Shown in pieces: positions 1 through 13,060 of a DNA stretch of 64,000 nucleotides. Position 1 is the first letter of the stretch, and each line of letters begins with the position of its first letter. This DNA is from Hypanus sabinus. Its lineage: Eukaryota. A program made the position numbers and the translations under genes. The stretch is from contig NC_082710.1 of the NCBI RefSeq assembly GCF_030144855.1, positions 174,654,001-174,718,000 on the forward strand, read 5' to 3'. The notes under the pieces were generated by a model. It saw only the letters and a program-made list of their open reading frames with translations, was not told where the DNA came from and ran no database searches.

Positions 1-604
1 AGACATCCCTCTTTTTCTGAACCAAGTTTCTAATATCCCTTGAAAACCATGATGCTTTCAAACCTTTAACCTTTCCTTTCAACCTAACAGGAACATAAAG
101 ATTCTGTACCCTCATAATTTCACCCTTAAATGACCTCTATTTCTCTATTACATCCTTCCCATAAAACAACTTGACCCAATCCACTCTCTCTAAATCCCTT
201 CGCATCTCCTCAAAGTTAGCCTTTCTCCAATCAAAAATCTCAACTCTAGGTCCAGTCCTGTCCTTCTCCATAATTATATTGAAGCTAATGCTATTGTGAT
301 CACTGGACCCACAGTGCTCCCCAACACATACATCTGTCAGCTGACCTATCGCATTCCCTAACAGGAGATCCAACACTGCCCCATCTCTAGTTGGTACTTC
401 TATGAATTGTTGCAAAAAACTATCCTGTACACATTTCACAAACTCTAAACCATCCAGCCCTTTTACAGAATGAGCTTCCCAGTCTACATGTGGAAAATTA
501 TAATCTCCCACAATCACCACCTTGTGTTTACTACAAATATCTGCTATCTCCTTACACATTTGCTCTTCCAACTCACACTCCCCATTAGGTGGCCTATAAT
601 ACAC
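1..604 (-). mobile_element. CR1 LINE ORF2 endonuclease segment (inverted 5' part of the adjacent CR1)
   Basis: ORF 137..604 has APE-endonuclease motifs YRPP, VGDYNFP, PTR..LDLLL and SDH typical of CR1 ORF2; the sequence continues off the left edge. Confidence 0.9.
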
Positions 605-2847
605 TATAATGTAAGAAGAATCTTAAGAAAGAAATTAGAAAAGCTAAAATAAGATACGAGGTTGCTTTGGCAAGAAAGGTGAAAGTAAATCCAAAGGGTT
701 TCTACAGTTATATTAATAGCAAAAGGATAGTGAAGAAGAAAATTGATCCATTAGAGAATCAGAGTGGACAGCTATGTGTGGGGCCGAAAGAGATGGGGAG
801 ATTTTGAACAATTTCTTTTCTTCGGTATTCACTAAGAAGGATATTGAATTGTGTAAGGTAAGGGAAACAAGTAGGGAAGTTATGGAGACAATGACAATTA
901 AAGAGGAGGAAGTGCTGGCGCTTTTAAGGAATATAAAAGTGGATAAATCTCCAGGTCCTGACAGGATATTCCCTAGACCTTGAGGGAAGTTGGTGTAGAA
1001 ATAGCAGGGGCTCTGACTGAAATATTTCAAATGTCATTAGAAACAGGGATGGTGCCGGAGGATTGGTGTATTGCTCATGTGGTTCCATTGTTTAAAAAGG
1101 TTTCTAAGAGTGAACCTAGCAATTACAGGCCTGTCAGCTTGACGTCAGTGGTGGGTAAAGTAATGGGAAGTATTCTTAGTGATGGTATATATAATTATCT
1201 GGATAGACAGGGTCTGATTAGGAACAGTCAACATGTATTTGTGCGTGGAAGGTCATGTTTGACAAATCTTATTGAATTTTTTGAAGAGGTTACTAGGAAA
1301 GTTGACAAGGGTAAAGCAGTAGATGTTGTTTTTCTGGATTTCATTAAGGCCTTGACAAGGGTCCACATGGAAGGTTAGTTGGGAAGGTTCAATCGTTAGG
1401 TATTAATATTGAAGTAGTAAAATGGATTCAACAGTGGCTGGATGGGAGATGCCAGAGAGTAGTGGTGGATAACTGTTTGTCAGGTTGGAGGTCGGTGACT
1501 AGTGGTCTGCCTCAGGGATCTGTACTGGGTCCAACATTGTTTGTTATATACATTAATGATCTGGATGATGGGGTGGTAAATGGGATTAGTAAGTATGCAG
1601 ATGATACTAAGGTAGGTGGCGTTGTGAATAATGAAGTAGGTTTTCAAAGCTTGCAGAGAGATTTAGGCCAGTTAGAAGAGTGGGCTGAAAGATGGCAGAT
1701 GGAGTTTAATGCTGATAAGTGAGGTGATACATTTTGGTAGGAATAATCCAAATAAGACATACATGGTAAATGGTAGGGCATTGAAGAATGCAGTAGAACA
1801 GAGTGATCTAGGAATAATGGTGCATAGTTCCCTGAAGGTGGAATCTCATGTGGATAAGGTGGTGAAGAAAGCTTTTGGTATGTTGGCCTTTATAGATCAG
1901 AGCATTGAGTATAGGAGTTGGTTTATTTTTGTGAGATATTATAAACAGCCCCTTTTTTTTCTCACTTTTTTTTTTGCTTCTTTTTTCTTCTATATTAGTT
2001 ATTAGATTAGTAGATTAGCTAGTTTTGCATTATATATATTTTCTTTTTTCTGTTTTTTTTATATCATATATTATGAAATATTTAGACTTACCATGTTCAT
2101 ACATATATTGTATGGCTTATGTCTTGGTAAACTCATTTATATTGTAACTATTATGTATGTTTTTTTTCCATATGTAATGGAATTTGTATGTTTGTAATTT
2201 CTTTATCAATATATCATTTGTATTCTGTTCATATTACTAATAATAATAAAAAGATTTAGAAAGAGTATAAGAGTTGGGATGTAATGTTAAAATTGTACAA
2301 GGCATTGGTATGGCCGAATTTGGAGTATTGTGTACAGTTCTGGTCACTGAATTATAGGAAAGATGTCAACAAAATAGAGAGAGTACAGAGAAGATTTACT
2401 AGAATGTTACTTGGGTTTCAGCACCTAAGTTACAGGGAAAGACTGAACAAGTTGGGTCTTTATTCTTTGGAGCGTAGAAGTTTGAGGGGGGACTTGGTAG
2501 AGGTTATTTTAAAGTATGGCGTGGATAGGCTTTTTCCATTGCGAGTAGGGGAGATTCAAACAAGAGGACATAAGTTAAGAGTTAGGGGGCAAAAGTTTAA
2601 GGGAAACATGAGGGGGTATTTCTTTACTCAGAGAGTGATAGCTGTGTGGAATGAGTTTCCTGTAGAAGTAGTAGAGGCCAGTTCAGTTGTGTCATTTAAG
2701 GTAAAATTGGATAGGTTTATGGACAGGAAAGGAGTGGAGGGTTATGGGCTGAGTGCAGGTCAGTGGGACTAGGTGAGAGTAAGTGTTCGGCACGGACTGG
2801 AAGGGCTGAGATGACCTGTTTCCATGCTGTAATTGTTATATGGTTAT
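605..2847 (+). mobile_element. CR1 LINE ORF2 (RT) and 3' end, degenerate
   Basis: KSPGPD, NYRPVSLTS, SCLTNL, PQGSVLGP, YADD and LEYCVQFWS motifs across frameshifted ORFs; 3' tail GTTATATG. Confidence 0.92.
1922..2262 (+). mobile_element. Non-LTR (L1-like) 3'UTR fragment nested in the CR1
   Basis: T-rich tract ending AATAAAAAGATTTAGAAA, flanked by a 15-bp target duplication GAGTATA(G/A)GAGTTGG at 1907-1921 and 2263-2277. Confidence 0.65.
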
Positions 2848-3191
2848 AAGAGGAGGCCATGGACAGACCTGTCAGCATGGGAATCATAATTAAAATGTTG
2901 GGCCACAGGGAAGCCATAGATGTAAATTGTAAAGCAAATTAAGCTGATCCTTGATCCTTTTAAATGTCCTTACAAGACATGCAAACAAAGCTTTTCACCG
3001 TACCTCGGTACCTTACAGTAATAAACCAGGTACCAGTTACCATGGGACATCGTCCTATTTAACCAATCAAGAATAAAGGGGCAGACTCCTTCCAACACCA
3101 CAACACAGAGGTCACAGCCACTGAAGGAAGCCTCAGTGTGGAAGATAGCTGTAGCTTGTTGGAAATTGCCCGCAGAAATCATGCGACTTAC

Positions 3192-3335
3192 GTGCTGGTA
3201 GGGCAGCAGTAGCGCGCAGCTCACGGCAATGTCCGCCAAGGTGATCGCCTCCCCCACCAGGTAGGTCCGCAGCTTGAGATGGTCGTCGAGGAGCCGAAGA
3301 GCCTTCTGCAAATCCAGCTTTGCTCTCTCAACGGC
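3192..3335 (-). CDS. VARS1: Valyl-tRNA synthetase, second coding exon (GST C-terminal-like domain)
   Basis: 144-bp phase-0 exon, acceptor ttacAG and donor GTaagt; encodes AVERAKLDLQKALRLLDDHLKLRTYLVGEAITLADIAVSCALLLPYQH, matching VARS1 'LRLHTYLAGEAPTLADLA..ALLLPF'. Confidence 0.85.
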
Positions 3336-3404
3336 CTGTAATAACAGATAATGAGAGGGGGAGCTTATTCAACAACCAAGGTACCATTAGAAACATGAAA
3401 CATT

Positions 3405-3515
3405 TCAGGGAGGCACAGAAGTCAGCAGTGAGTTCCTGTGCCTCACAACCAAAGGACCCAGTTTCAATCCTCATCTCTGGCGCAGTCTTTCATAAGTTTA
3501 CACCTTCTCACTCTC
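3405..3515 (+). mobile_element. Degenerate tRNA-derived V-SINE (HE1-like) head
   Basis: GCCTCACA..CCAAAGGACCCAGTTTCAATCC (B-box-like) followed by a SINE body. Confidence 0.45.
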
Positions 3516-4569
3516 ACTGAATGATACTCCCCCACATGCGGGCAGCAGGTCCAATGTGACTGAGGGGGGTGGGGGAATTCTTCCGCCAGTAACTGGCATC
3601 TACTCTGAGCTGAATGCACTCTTCCCCCGCCATAATACGTTAATAAGCTAGAAAGACGGAGGGAATGGAAAGAGTCAGTGGATGTTCCTAGAGGGGAAGG
3701 ATTGGCCTCCTGGTTCAAAAACCAATGGTCTCAATTTAAGGACTCTTTACCTCTCATCTTCTATTTGCTCGCACAGTTTGTTGTTCATTGATCCTGTTTA
3801 CAGTTACTGTGCTATAGGTTGTCTAAGTATGCCAGCAGGAAAAAGAATCTCAAGGTTTTCTGTGGTGTCTTGTATGTACTCTGATAATAAATTTTACTTT
3901 GAACTTTTGAACTTTCAAGTGGAGTCATGCAAAAATGCACAGGAACTCTAAGACACTTTATTTACAAAAGGGAGTGGTTGCCATCTGGAATGCAGTGACT
4001 GCTGAATGGAGACAGGTTCCATTGCTTTGGGCAAAGGGGATAAACACAGAACACGAGAGCACAGTACTGTACCTTGTAACCTATTTGAAAGCCAATCAAT
4101 CTAACCCTTCCCTCCCACATAACCCTCCATTTTTCAATCATGCACGTGCCTACCTAGTACCCCCACCCTGGCAGCACATTCCACACACCAAACACTGCAG
4201 ATCAAAAAACTAACTCTGACACCTACCCTGTATTTCCTTCCGATCTCCTTAAAATTATGAAGGGGAACTCAAGGCAAAGTGAGAGCAGAGGAGGGAAACT
4301 GATTGGCTTTTCCAAACAGCTGGCAGACATAGCCATGGCCCTTTGATCGAGACTCTCCCAGAAGCAGGCTCAGCACAACGACACAAGCGCAGCCCCCTCA
4401 GGACCTGACATCCTTCACCCATTGTACTTCCAAACCCCAAAAGAATATGACATCATTTTAAGCCAGTTGACAACCCTCTCACTCGGGGGAGTAGCCCAGT
4501 CATTCCTCCCATCTCCCTTCACCGTCCCCATCTCCAATGATTGTTCAGCCTCCACTTAAATGTCTGAAT

Positions 4570-4840
4570 CACAGTTAGACCAGAAGACATTCAGAAGTTG
4601 TATGCACATGTAAATGAAATTCTGTAAAGCGAACGTGCTGTCAAAAATAATGAAATGGTCTCTAAATATCAAAAAATTTACTATAAAATGCAGTAAACAA
4701 TAAAAATAAACTAAATCAGATCAATATCTGATGTGACCACCCTTTGCCTTTAAAACTGCATCAATTCTCTTAAGTACACTATCAAGTTGTTTTATAAGAA
4801 AATCAACTGGTAGATTGTTGGGCAATCTTCTTGGACAACT
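4570..4840. mobile_element. Tc1/mariner DNA transposon fragment
   Basis: GTGACCACCCTTTGCCTTTAAAACTGCATCAATTCTC resembles Tc1 transposase 3' region sequence. Confidence 0.4.
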
Positions 4841-4844
4841 TAGA

Positions 4845-7800
4845 CCATAATACCTTGGAGCAGATTTAGGCCATTTGGCAAATCAAGACTGCTCTCTGTC
4901 CTTCAATGATAGCTGATCGTTTTTTTCCTCTCCTCAACCTTTTCCCCAACCTTCACCCTGTAACCTTTGATGCCAAGTCCAAACAGGAACCTATCAATCT
5001 CTGCCTTAAATATACCGAAAGACCTGGCCTCCACAGCCTCCTGTGGTAACAAATTCCACATATTCCCCACCCTCCAGCTATAGAAATTCCTCCGCATCTC
5101 TGTTTTAAATGGACGTCCCTCAGTCCTGAGCCCGAGCCCTCTTGTCCCAGACTCCTCCACCATGAGAAACATCCTTTCCTCATCTACAGTCTCAGCTTTT
5201 CAACATTCGAAGATTTCAATGAGTTCCCCACTCAACCTTCTAAATTCCAGCAAGTACAGACCCAGAGCCATCAAGCATCGTATGATATCCCTTTCATTCC
5301 CAAAATCCTTGTGATCCTTGTGAACCATCGCTGAACCCTCTCCAATGCCAACACATCTATTCTCATATAAAGAGCCAAAGACTGTTCAGCATACTTAAGG
5401 TGAGGCCTCCCAGGTGCCTTATAAAGCCTCAGCATCACTTCCCTGCTCTTATATTCTAGACCTCTTGAAATGAATGCGAACATCATATTTGATTTTCTCA
5501 CCACCGACTCAACCTGCAAGTTATCCTTTGGGGTGTTCGGCACAAGACCCTTTGCATCTTAGATTTTTGGATTTTCTCCCCAACCAGAAAATAGTCTGTA
5601 CATTTATTTCTTCTACCAAAGTGCATGACCATTCATTTTCCAGCACCGTATTTCATTTGCCACTTTCTTGCCCATTCTCCTAATTTGTCTAAGTCCTTCT
5701 GCAGCCTTCCTGTTTCCTTAACACTACCTGCCCCTCCACCAATCTTCATATCACCAGCAAACTTGGCAACAAAGCCATTTATTCCATCATCTAAATCATT
5801 GATATACAGCATGAAAAGCAGAGGTCGCAACACTGACCCCTGCAGAATATCACTAGTCACTGGCAGCCAATCAGAAAAGGATCCTTTCATTCCCACTCAC
5901 TGCCTCCTCCTACCAACCAGCCAATGCTCTAATCATGCAAGTAACTTTCCTGGAATACCATGAGTTTTCAACTTGGTAAGCAGCCTGATGTGTGGCACAT
6001 TGTCAAAGGCCTTCTGAAAATACAAATATACAACATCCTCTGCATTCCCTTTTATCTATCCCACTTGTAATCATCTCAAAGAATTCCAACAGGTTCGTCA
6101 AGCAAGAGTTTCCCTTAAGGAAATCATGTTGACTTTGTTCTTTCTTGTCCAGTGTCACCAAGTACTCCATCACCTCATGCTTCACAATTGACACCACCTT
6201 CCCAACCACTGAGGCCAGACAAACTGGTCTATAATTTCCTTTCTGCTGCCTTCCTCCTTTCTTAGAGTGCAGTGACATTTACAATATTCCAGTTCTCCAG
6301 AACCATGTCAGAATCCAATGATTTTTGAAAGATCATTATTAATGCCTCCACAATTTCTACTGCTACCTCTTTCAGAACCTAGGATACAATTCTTCTGGTC
6401 CAGGTGACTTATATACCTTTAGGTCTTTCAGCATTTTGAGCACCTTCTCTCTTGTAACAGTAACTGCACCCACTTCTCTTCCCTCACACCCTTCAACACC
6501 TGGGACACTGCTGGTGTCTTCCACAGTAAAGACTGGTGCAAAGTACTCATTTAATTCATCTGCCATCTCCTTATCCCCCATGATTATTTCTCCTGCCCCA
6601 TTTTCTAGCGGTCCTGTATCCACTCTCATTTCTCTTTTATTTTTAACATACTTGAAAAACTTTTACTAGGTTCTGAAAGAGGTAGCAGTAGAAATTGTGG
6701 AGGCATTAATAATGATCTTTCAAAAATCATTGGATTCTGACATGGTTCTGGAGAACTGGAATTACCATTTGAGCACTGTATCTCTTTGCTTTCGAAATAT
6801 ATCTGTCCTGCACCTTACTCATTTTTCCCAGATACTCAACCCACAACGATTTAACATCTTCCAACTCTATATCACCTCCTTGTAATGATTTGATGCCATT
6901 CTTTACCAGCAGAGCCATGCCACCCCCTCTGCCTAACTTCCTATCCCTCCTATGTGTAACCTTGAACATTCAGCTCCCAACTACAACCATCCTTCAGCCA
7001 CGATTCAGTGATGGCCACAACATCATACCCAACAATTTGTAAAAGTGCAACAAGATCATCCACCTCCTTTCTAACACTCCGTGTGTTGAGATATAATACT
7101 TTGAGTACTGTATTTGCTACCCTTTTTGATTCTGCATCCCTAATGCACTGATACTCACCTTGCTGTCTGTATTTTTCTCCTATCAGCTGCCTGCCTTTCC
7201 TGACTGTCTGACTGAATTATTACTTATTATATTAATTAATATTAATTATCCTTGCTTTATTACTTTCCGTCCTAGCCTGAATCCCTTCACCCCAGTTCCC
7301 ATGCCCTGCCAAATTAGTTCAAACCCTCCTTTACAGTTCTAACAAACCTGCCTGCAAGACTATTGGTTCCCCTCTGACTCAGGTGCAACCTGTCACTTTT
7401 GTACAGGTCATACCTCCCCCAAAAGATATCCCAAAGACCCAAGAACCTGAAGCCTCGCCCCCTGCACCAGCTTCTCAGCCACGCATTAATTTGCCAAATC
7501 ATTTGCTTCTATATCCTCAGTGGTGCATGGCACAGATAGCAAACCAGAAATGACCACTCTGGAGGTCCTGATCTCAGCTTTCTGCCTCACTCTCTCAATT
7601 CTCCCTTCAGGACCTCTTTGCTTTTTCTTCCTATGTCATTGGCACCAATATGGACTAAGACATCTGACTCCTCTCCCTCCCCCCCCAAAATGCTGTGGAA
7701 GAGATCAGAAATGCCCCTGATCTTGGCACCTGGGTTGCAACATTCCATCCGGATGTCCCATTCACATCCACAGAATCTCCCATCTTGTTCCTTTGACTAT

Positions 7801-8150
7801 TGAGTCCCCTTATCACTGTCACTCCCCTCTTCTCCCTCCTGCATTACAGAGCCATCCTTCAGTGCCAGTAACCCGGTCTTCGTGGCATTCCCCTGGGAGG
7901 TCATCCCACACAATAGTATCCAAAACATTACACTTACTATTGAGAGGAATGGCCATGGGGTGCTCTGCACTAACTGCTTTCTCCTGACAGACACCCAGCT
8001 ACCCGCCTCCTGCAACTTAAGGGCGACTACTTCCCTGTAACTCTAATCAATGATCCCCTAACTCTCCCGTACAAGCCAAAGGTCAACTAGCTCCTGCTCC
8101 ATATTCCGAACACGGTCTTCAAGGAGCTGCAGCTGGATGCACTTCTCCTA
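4845..8150 (-). mobile_element. Near full-length degenerate CR1 LINE (ORF1 SGNH esterase + ORF2)
   Basis: ORF1 INAWLRSWC..GFRFL..WD.FWGR.DLYK.D.LHL; ORF2 RRDR..GRGGG, KSPGP, NYRPV, SCLTNL, QGSVL and FAGD. Confidence 0.9.
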
Positions 8151-8254
8151 ATCTCCAATATCCAGGATGAAAGACACAGAATGGCTATTTAAACCACAAC
8201 AATTCCCCTGACACAGTAAGGAAAAAAGGGAAACTTAACATAAACTTATCCGGA

Positions 8255-8460
8255 AACACACACAAAATGCCGGAGGAGCTCAGCAGGCCAGTCAGCATCT
8301 ATGGAATAAAGTGCAGTCGACATTTTGGACCGAGACCCTTTAGCAGGACCAGAGATTTTGGCCCAAAGCGTTGACTGTGCTTTTCTCCCCCATTGATTCT
8401 GCTGAGCTCCTCCAGCACTTTGCTTGGATTTCCAGCATCTGCAGATTTTCTCGTTTGTAA
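8255..8460. mobile_element. Penelope-like terminal-repeat pair in inverted orientation
   Basis: ACACACAAAATGC.GGAGGA.CTCAGCAGGCCAG..AGCATCTATG followed by its reverse complement; decayed hammerhead core. Confidence 0.6.
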
Positions 8461-8617
8461 TGAGAAACTTACCCAAAGCTAATGCCTCTTCCAAGTCAAA
8501 ACCACCTTTGAGCCAAAGCCCGACACTCCCACTCCCAACAATGGCCGCTCCACTTGTCCCTTCTGTACTTTTATTTAATCCTCTCTGCGCTGCCCCCGTT
8601 GCTGATTAAGCCACCGG

Positions 8618-8780
8618 AATGACAGAGTTCTGCTACAGACTTTTGCTGCCTCACTTGCTTCTGCCTCTCCAGGTAATCCCAGAAAATCTCGACGATGTTG
8701 AGATTGAGGCTCTGTGGAGGCCATACCGTCTGAAACCACGTAAAAAATCTCGGGTGCCTGAGACTTTTGCACAGTACTGT
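8618..8780 (-). mobile_element. Tc1 transposase C-terminal fragment with TIR-like end
   Basis: WPPQSLNLNIVEIFWDYLERQ matches the Tc1 WPPQSPDLNPIE motif; TIR-like CAGTACTGTGCAAAAGT at 8763-8779. Confidence 0.7.
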
Positions 8781-8992
8781 AAGCAGAGAATTAGACCATT
8801 CAGCCCATCGAGTCTGCTCCACCATTCTAATATGGCCAAGTTATTTTCCCTCTCAACTCCATTCTCCTGCCTTCTCCCCATGTATTTAATATGAGGTTGA
8901 TAAGTTCTTGATTAGTAAAGGTATCAAAGGCAGGAAAATGGGTCTGTGAGGGATAATAATTGCATGACAGAGCAGACTTGATGGGCTGAATG

Positions 8993-9428
8993 AGAAAGGC
9001 TGAACAAGTTAGGTCTCTATTCATTGGAGCGTAGAAGGTTGAGGGGAGATTTGATCGAGGTATTTAAAATTTTGAGAGGGATAGATAGAGTTGACGTGAA
9101 TAGGCTGTTTCCATTGAGAGTAGGGGAGATTCAAACGAGAGGACATGATTTGAGAGTTAGGGGGCAGAAGTTTAAGGGAAACACGAGGGGGTATTTCTTT
9201 ACTCAGAGAGTGATAGCTGTGTGGAATGAGCTTCCTGTAGAAGTAGTAGAGGCCAGTTCAGTTGTGTCATTTAAGGTAAAATTGGATAGGTATATGGACA
9301 GGAAAGGAGTGGAGGGCTGAGTGCGGGTAGGTGGGACTAGGTGAGATTAAGAGTTCGGCACGGACTAGGAGGGCCGAGATGGCCTGTTTCCGTGCTGTGA
9401 TTGTTATATGGTTATATGGTTTTATATG
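8993..9428 (+). mobile_element. Young 5'-truncated CR1 3' end (same family as 605-2847)
   Basis: ORF ERRRLRGDLIEVFKI...FFTQRV..VWN; (GTTATATG)n tail; flanked by a short GAATG duplication. Confidence 0.85.
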
Positions 9429-9889
9429 GAATGGCCTAATTCTGCTCTTGCATCTAATTCACCTCCATTTTAAATATAGCCAATGGCTTGGCCTCCACAG
9501 CCATCTGTGGCAACCTGTGACTACACTCTGGGTGGCCTAACTCCCCTCTACAGTATTGTGCAGATTTTTATATGCTTTCAGAAATTCCTCATTTGTTCTA
9601 AAGTGATGTCCCTCTATTCTGAGGCTGTGCCCTCTGGTCCTAGACTCACCCACGATAGGAAACATCCTCTCCACATTTCGGCGTATTGCACTGGCATTTA
9701 ATAATCCTCCAGTTACACAACCCACTGAGCCTGTGTAGTAGGTCCACAGAGCAATCCTATTCCACTGATGAAGGGTTTCAGCCCAAAACACTGGCTGTAT
9801 TTCATTAGGAGTTTGAGGAGAATTGTTTTTTATGTCTAGCAATGTACTGCTGTTACAAAACATCAAATTTCATGACTCATGTCAGTGAT

Positions 9890-9958
9890 ATTGGAAATGA
9901 ACCGGGATCCTTGGAGCCGTGAGGCAGCAGTTCTATCTGCTGCACCACGAGGCTGCCC
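9890..9958 (-). mobile_element. tRNA-derived SINE head about 30 bp inside the VARS1 intron
   Basis: Minus strand GGGCAGCCTCGTGGTGCAGCAGATAGAACTGCTGCCTCACGGCTCCAAGGATCCCGGTTC with A- and B-box-like motifs. Confidence 0.6.
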
Positions 9959-9986
9959 TCTGGGGGCTCAGTTTGAAGGATAGTAC

Positions 9987-10349
9987 CTGTTTGTTGTGCT
10001 TCAGTAAGCCCAGAGCTGGGAAGGCCCAGGCACAGGCCGATGGGACCACCTCGATGTCCGCGTAGCTCACCCACTGCTGCACCAGGGCAGCCTCCTTTGG
10101 GCCGCAGCCCCTCATCCGCTCGGGGACCAGGTAGTGCGCCACTGCAGACGCGCCGTGGATGTGCGTTTTGGGGGCGACTTCCAGGGCCGGCAGCCTGTCT
10201 GGTGTCGAGCTCATTAATGCATCACCGGCTGATGGTCCACGGACTTCCACCACCTTCAGCTTCAGCTTCCCGTACTCCAGAGCAATAAGAACCCTGGCGT
10301 TCTGGAAGTTATGAGGGTGAGGAGAGAGGTAGAGCGACGGCGGGGCCAT
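9987..10349 (-). CDS. VARS1: Valyl-tRNA synthetase, first coding exon (GST N-terminal-like domain)
   Basis: 121 codons MAPPSLYLSPHP...RLPALE...GASAVAHYL...AALVQQWVSYAD.E..P.AC; acceptor ctcttgcAG (exon starts 10371) and donor cag/GTacta; splices in frame to exon 3192-3335. Confidence 0.87.
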
Positions 10350-11169
10350 TGTGAGTTATTCCAGTGTCCAGCTGCAAGAGTGGGGAAGGGTCTAAAAAAA
10401 AGCACAATCTTGTTTTAAACTTAATATTATTTTTTGTCAGAGCCTATAGTACCACCAAGCACCCAGATACACCAATCCTGCACCAATCCCTCTTTTTCTC
10501 ATTCTCAAATGTCAGAGTAAATATATATCAGAGTACAGATATTTCACACATACAACCCTGAGATTTACACTCTGACAGGCATTTTACGGAAAATAATAAA
10601 TTAGAATTTTTGAAACCTACCCATAAACAAATACTGGCAAAGTATTGCGTAAAAGAAGACCAACTATGCAAATAAAAAATACTGAGGACATGAGGTGCAG
10701 AGTCCCTGAAAGTAGTTCTGCAGGCTGTGGATTCTGCTCAGCATTGAGGTGAGTGAAGATATCCATGCTGGTTCACAGGCATGATCGTTGTCGGGTAATA
10801 ACTGTTCCTGTGAGACCGGAGGCTCCTGCACCGCCTGCCTGATGGCTGGATGAGAGGGCAGCGTGGCCTGAATGGTACGGGTCCTCTATGATGGATGCTG
10901 CTTTTCTGCGGCAGTGCTCAGTGGTGAGGGAGAGCTTTACCTGTGAAGGATCTGACTAAATCCCTCACTTTCAGTAGAGATTCTCACCCACTCCTCTCCC
11001 TCTCTCAAGGTTCTAGCACTCACCTGCGAACCAGGGACAAATTACTTATCACCCCACGCATTTGGGATACCATCTTCAACACAGCATTAACAATTTGCTG
11101 TAAGGTGGTAATGCAAAAGCAAAATAACCAAGTAACATCCCAGCAGCTGAGACAACTTTTTTTTAAAGT

Positions 11170-11375
11170 GATATGGCATGGCAACAGGCCCTTCCATTGC
11201 CCAATTACACACACTATCAATTAATCTGTTCACCCCTACATCTTTGGACTGTGGGAGGAAACCAGAGCACCCCAAGGAAACCCTTGCAGTCACGGGGGGA
11301 ATGTACAAACTCCAGACAGAATCCAACCCGGGTCACCAGCGCTGTACTAGTGTTATGCTAAACGCTATGCTAGCT
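11170..11375 (-). mobile_element. V-SINE (HE1-like)
   Basis: V-domain GGGTGCTCTGGTTTCCTCCCACAGTCCAAAGATGT on the minus strand. Confidence 0.65.
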
Positions 11376-12719
11376 GTAGTCACTGGTGCATCTGCACTTG
11401 GAAAGTTACAGGAAATCTGGAACAGAAGACATTACCAGTACGCCTGCGTAACTCCTGAACCAGCATGGATAACTTCACGCACCACAACACTGAACAGATT
11501 CCACTCTCTTTCAAGGACTTTTACAACTCCTGTCCTCAGTGTTACTCCTGTCCTATTTATTATTGTTTATATATATTTGCATAGCTCGTACTCTTCTGTA
11601 CATTGGATGTTTGTTAGCCTTTATTTCTGCAGCTTTTCGACTCGGTTGTGTTTCTTTGTTCTTCAGTGAATGCCCACAAGAATATGAATCCCAGTGTAAT
11701 AAATGGTGAGATACACCTTTGACACTAAATTTTCATTGAACTTTGAAGGCTTGAGTTACAAGGATAAATTGGATTGGCTGGAACCTTCTCCCCCCACCCC
11801 CCCCCCCCAAGAGGGAAAGAGACTAAGGGAGTGGCCTCAGAGGTCTATACAAAACCACGAGAGACTTAGAGAAGGTGGACGATCACAGGGTAGGGGAGTT
11901 AAAACTAGAGGACATAGATTTAAAGTGAAATGGGACCTAAGGGGAAACATTTTCTTAGGGGATGGAAGAAGCTGCAGAGAAGGGGACAGTTATGATGGGT
12001 ATACGGATAAAGAGGAATTTGAGCCAACACAAGCAAATAGGACTAGCTCAGATATACGTCTTGGTCAACGTGGACAAGTTCAGCCAAAAGGCCTATTTCA
12101 GCACTGAATACCTGACTCTGAATCTGACGTGCCAGAGATTAACTAGTCTACCCCAATCACTGCTCTGACAGACCTGAAAACCTGTTCCGTGAATTCCATC
12201 TACAGCCAGCATAAAGTGGTTTAGGCAGCAGAGAACTGTAAGCTCCACCCCAGATGCAATCTCCCAAGGCCCTGTGTAGTTCGAGCAGAAAAGGACAACA
12301 TGCCATTTGTTTTCAGCGCAAAGACAGCCGTTTCCCTTTGAACATCAACTTTTTGCCACTCCCACCGCTTGTGAAACCAGACCAGGTTTGAGATGTAGAG
12401 GTGACAAGACGCCACAGAGAACGTAGGGAAGATGCGACTTTGAATCCAGGGTTGTCCCTTTTGCAATGCATGCAAGTTTCGGTATACAATGAGCGGCGAG
12501 AGTGTTGTGCTCGCCTGCAGGTTATTTGCCCAGAGAAACTCTCAGGAGTAAAAATGAGATTTCCAGTAAAACGAAACAAAAGAAAACTTGAATTCAGTCC
12601 TCCTTATAAACACACTGGGGATAATCATGAGACTTTAAAAAGGGATATAAAAGTAAACATTGAGATCCTGCTACCGTGATCTTATCGTACGTTATAGAAA
12701 TTAACCTCTGCTATGTGAC

Positions 12720-13060
12720 AGCCGGTTGCATCAGCTGGTCAAGTTGCCCCGGCTCATGAGAAGTTCCGGAGCGGGCACTCCAATCAGTGGCGAGGTGACG
12801 GAGCAGGGTCCCGCGGATGAAATGAAACGCCGCGACATACCCGAGGGTTCGCACATTGATACAAAACGGTTGATGCATCTCCCCCCGGCTCTAACCTAGC
12901 AATTTGCAACCATCAGCTCCTCCCTTCACAGCACACTCACCGGTTCCGCGTCCCACACTGACACCCTCGTGGAAGGAGCCGAACTAGGACCCCCCAGCTA
13001 GGTCTGGCCTTCGCTCCGTCCTGAAAAACAAGATCCCGATTTCAACTCAAAATATTGTGC
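12720..13060 (-). promoter_or_regulatory. CpG-island promoter and probable non-coding first exon of VARS1 (donor after 12941)
   Basis: CpG-dense patch; strong minus-strand donor ccg/GTGAGT; the first coding exon has an acceptor 22 nt upstream of its ATG, which implies an upstream UTR exon. Confidence 0.55.

Noticed and set aside
12313-12679. Short ORFs or a snoRNA in VARS1 intron 1
   Set aside because: No recognisable protein similarity and no convincing C/D or H/ACA box arrangement.
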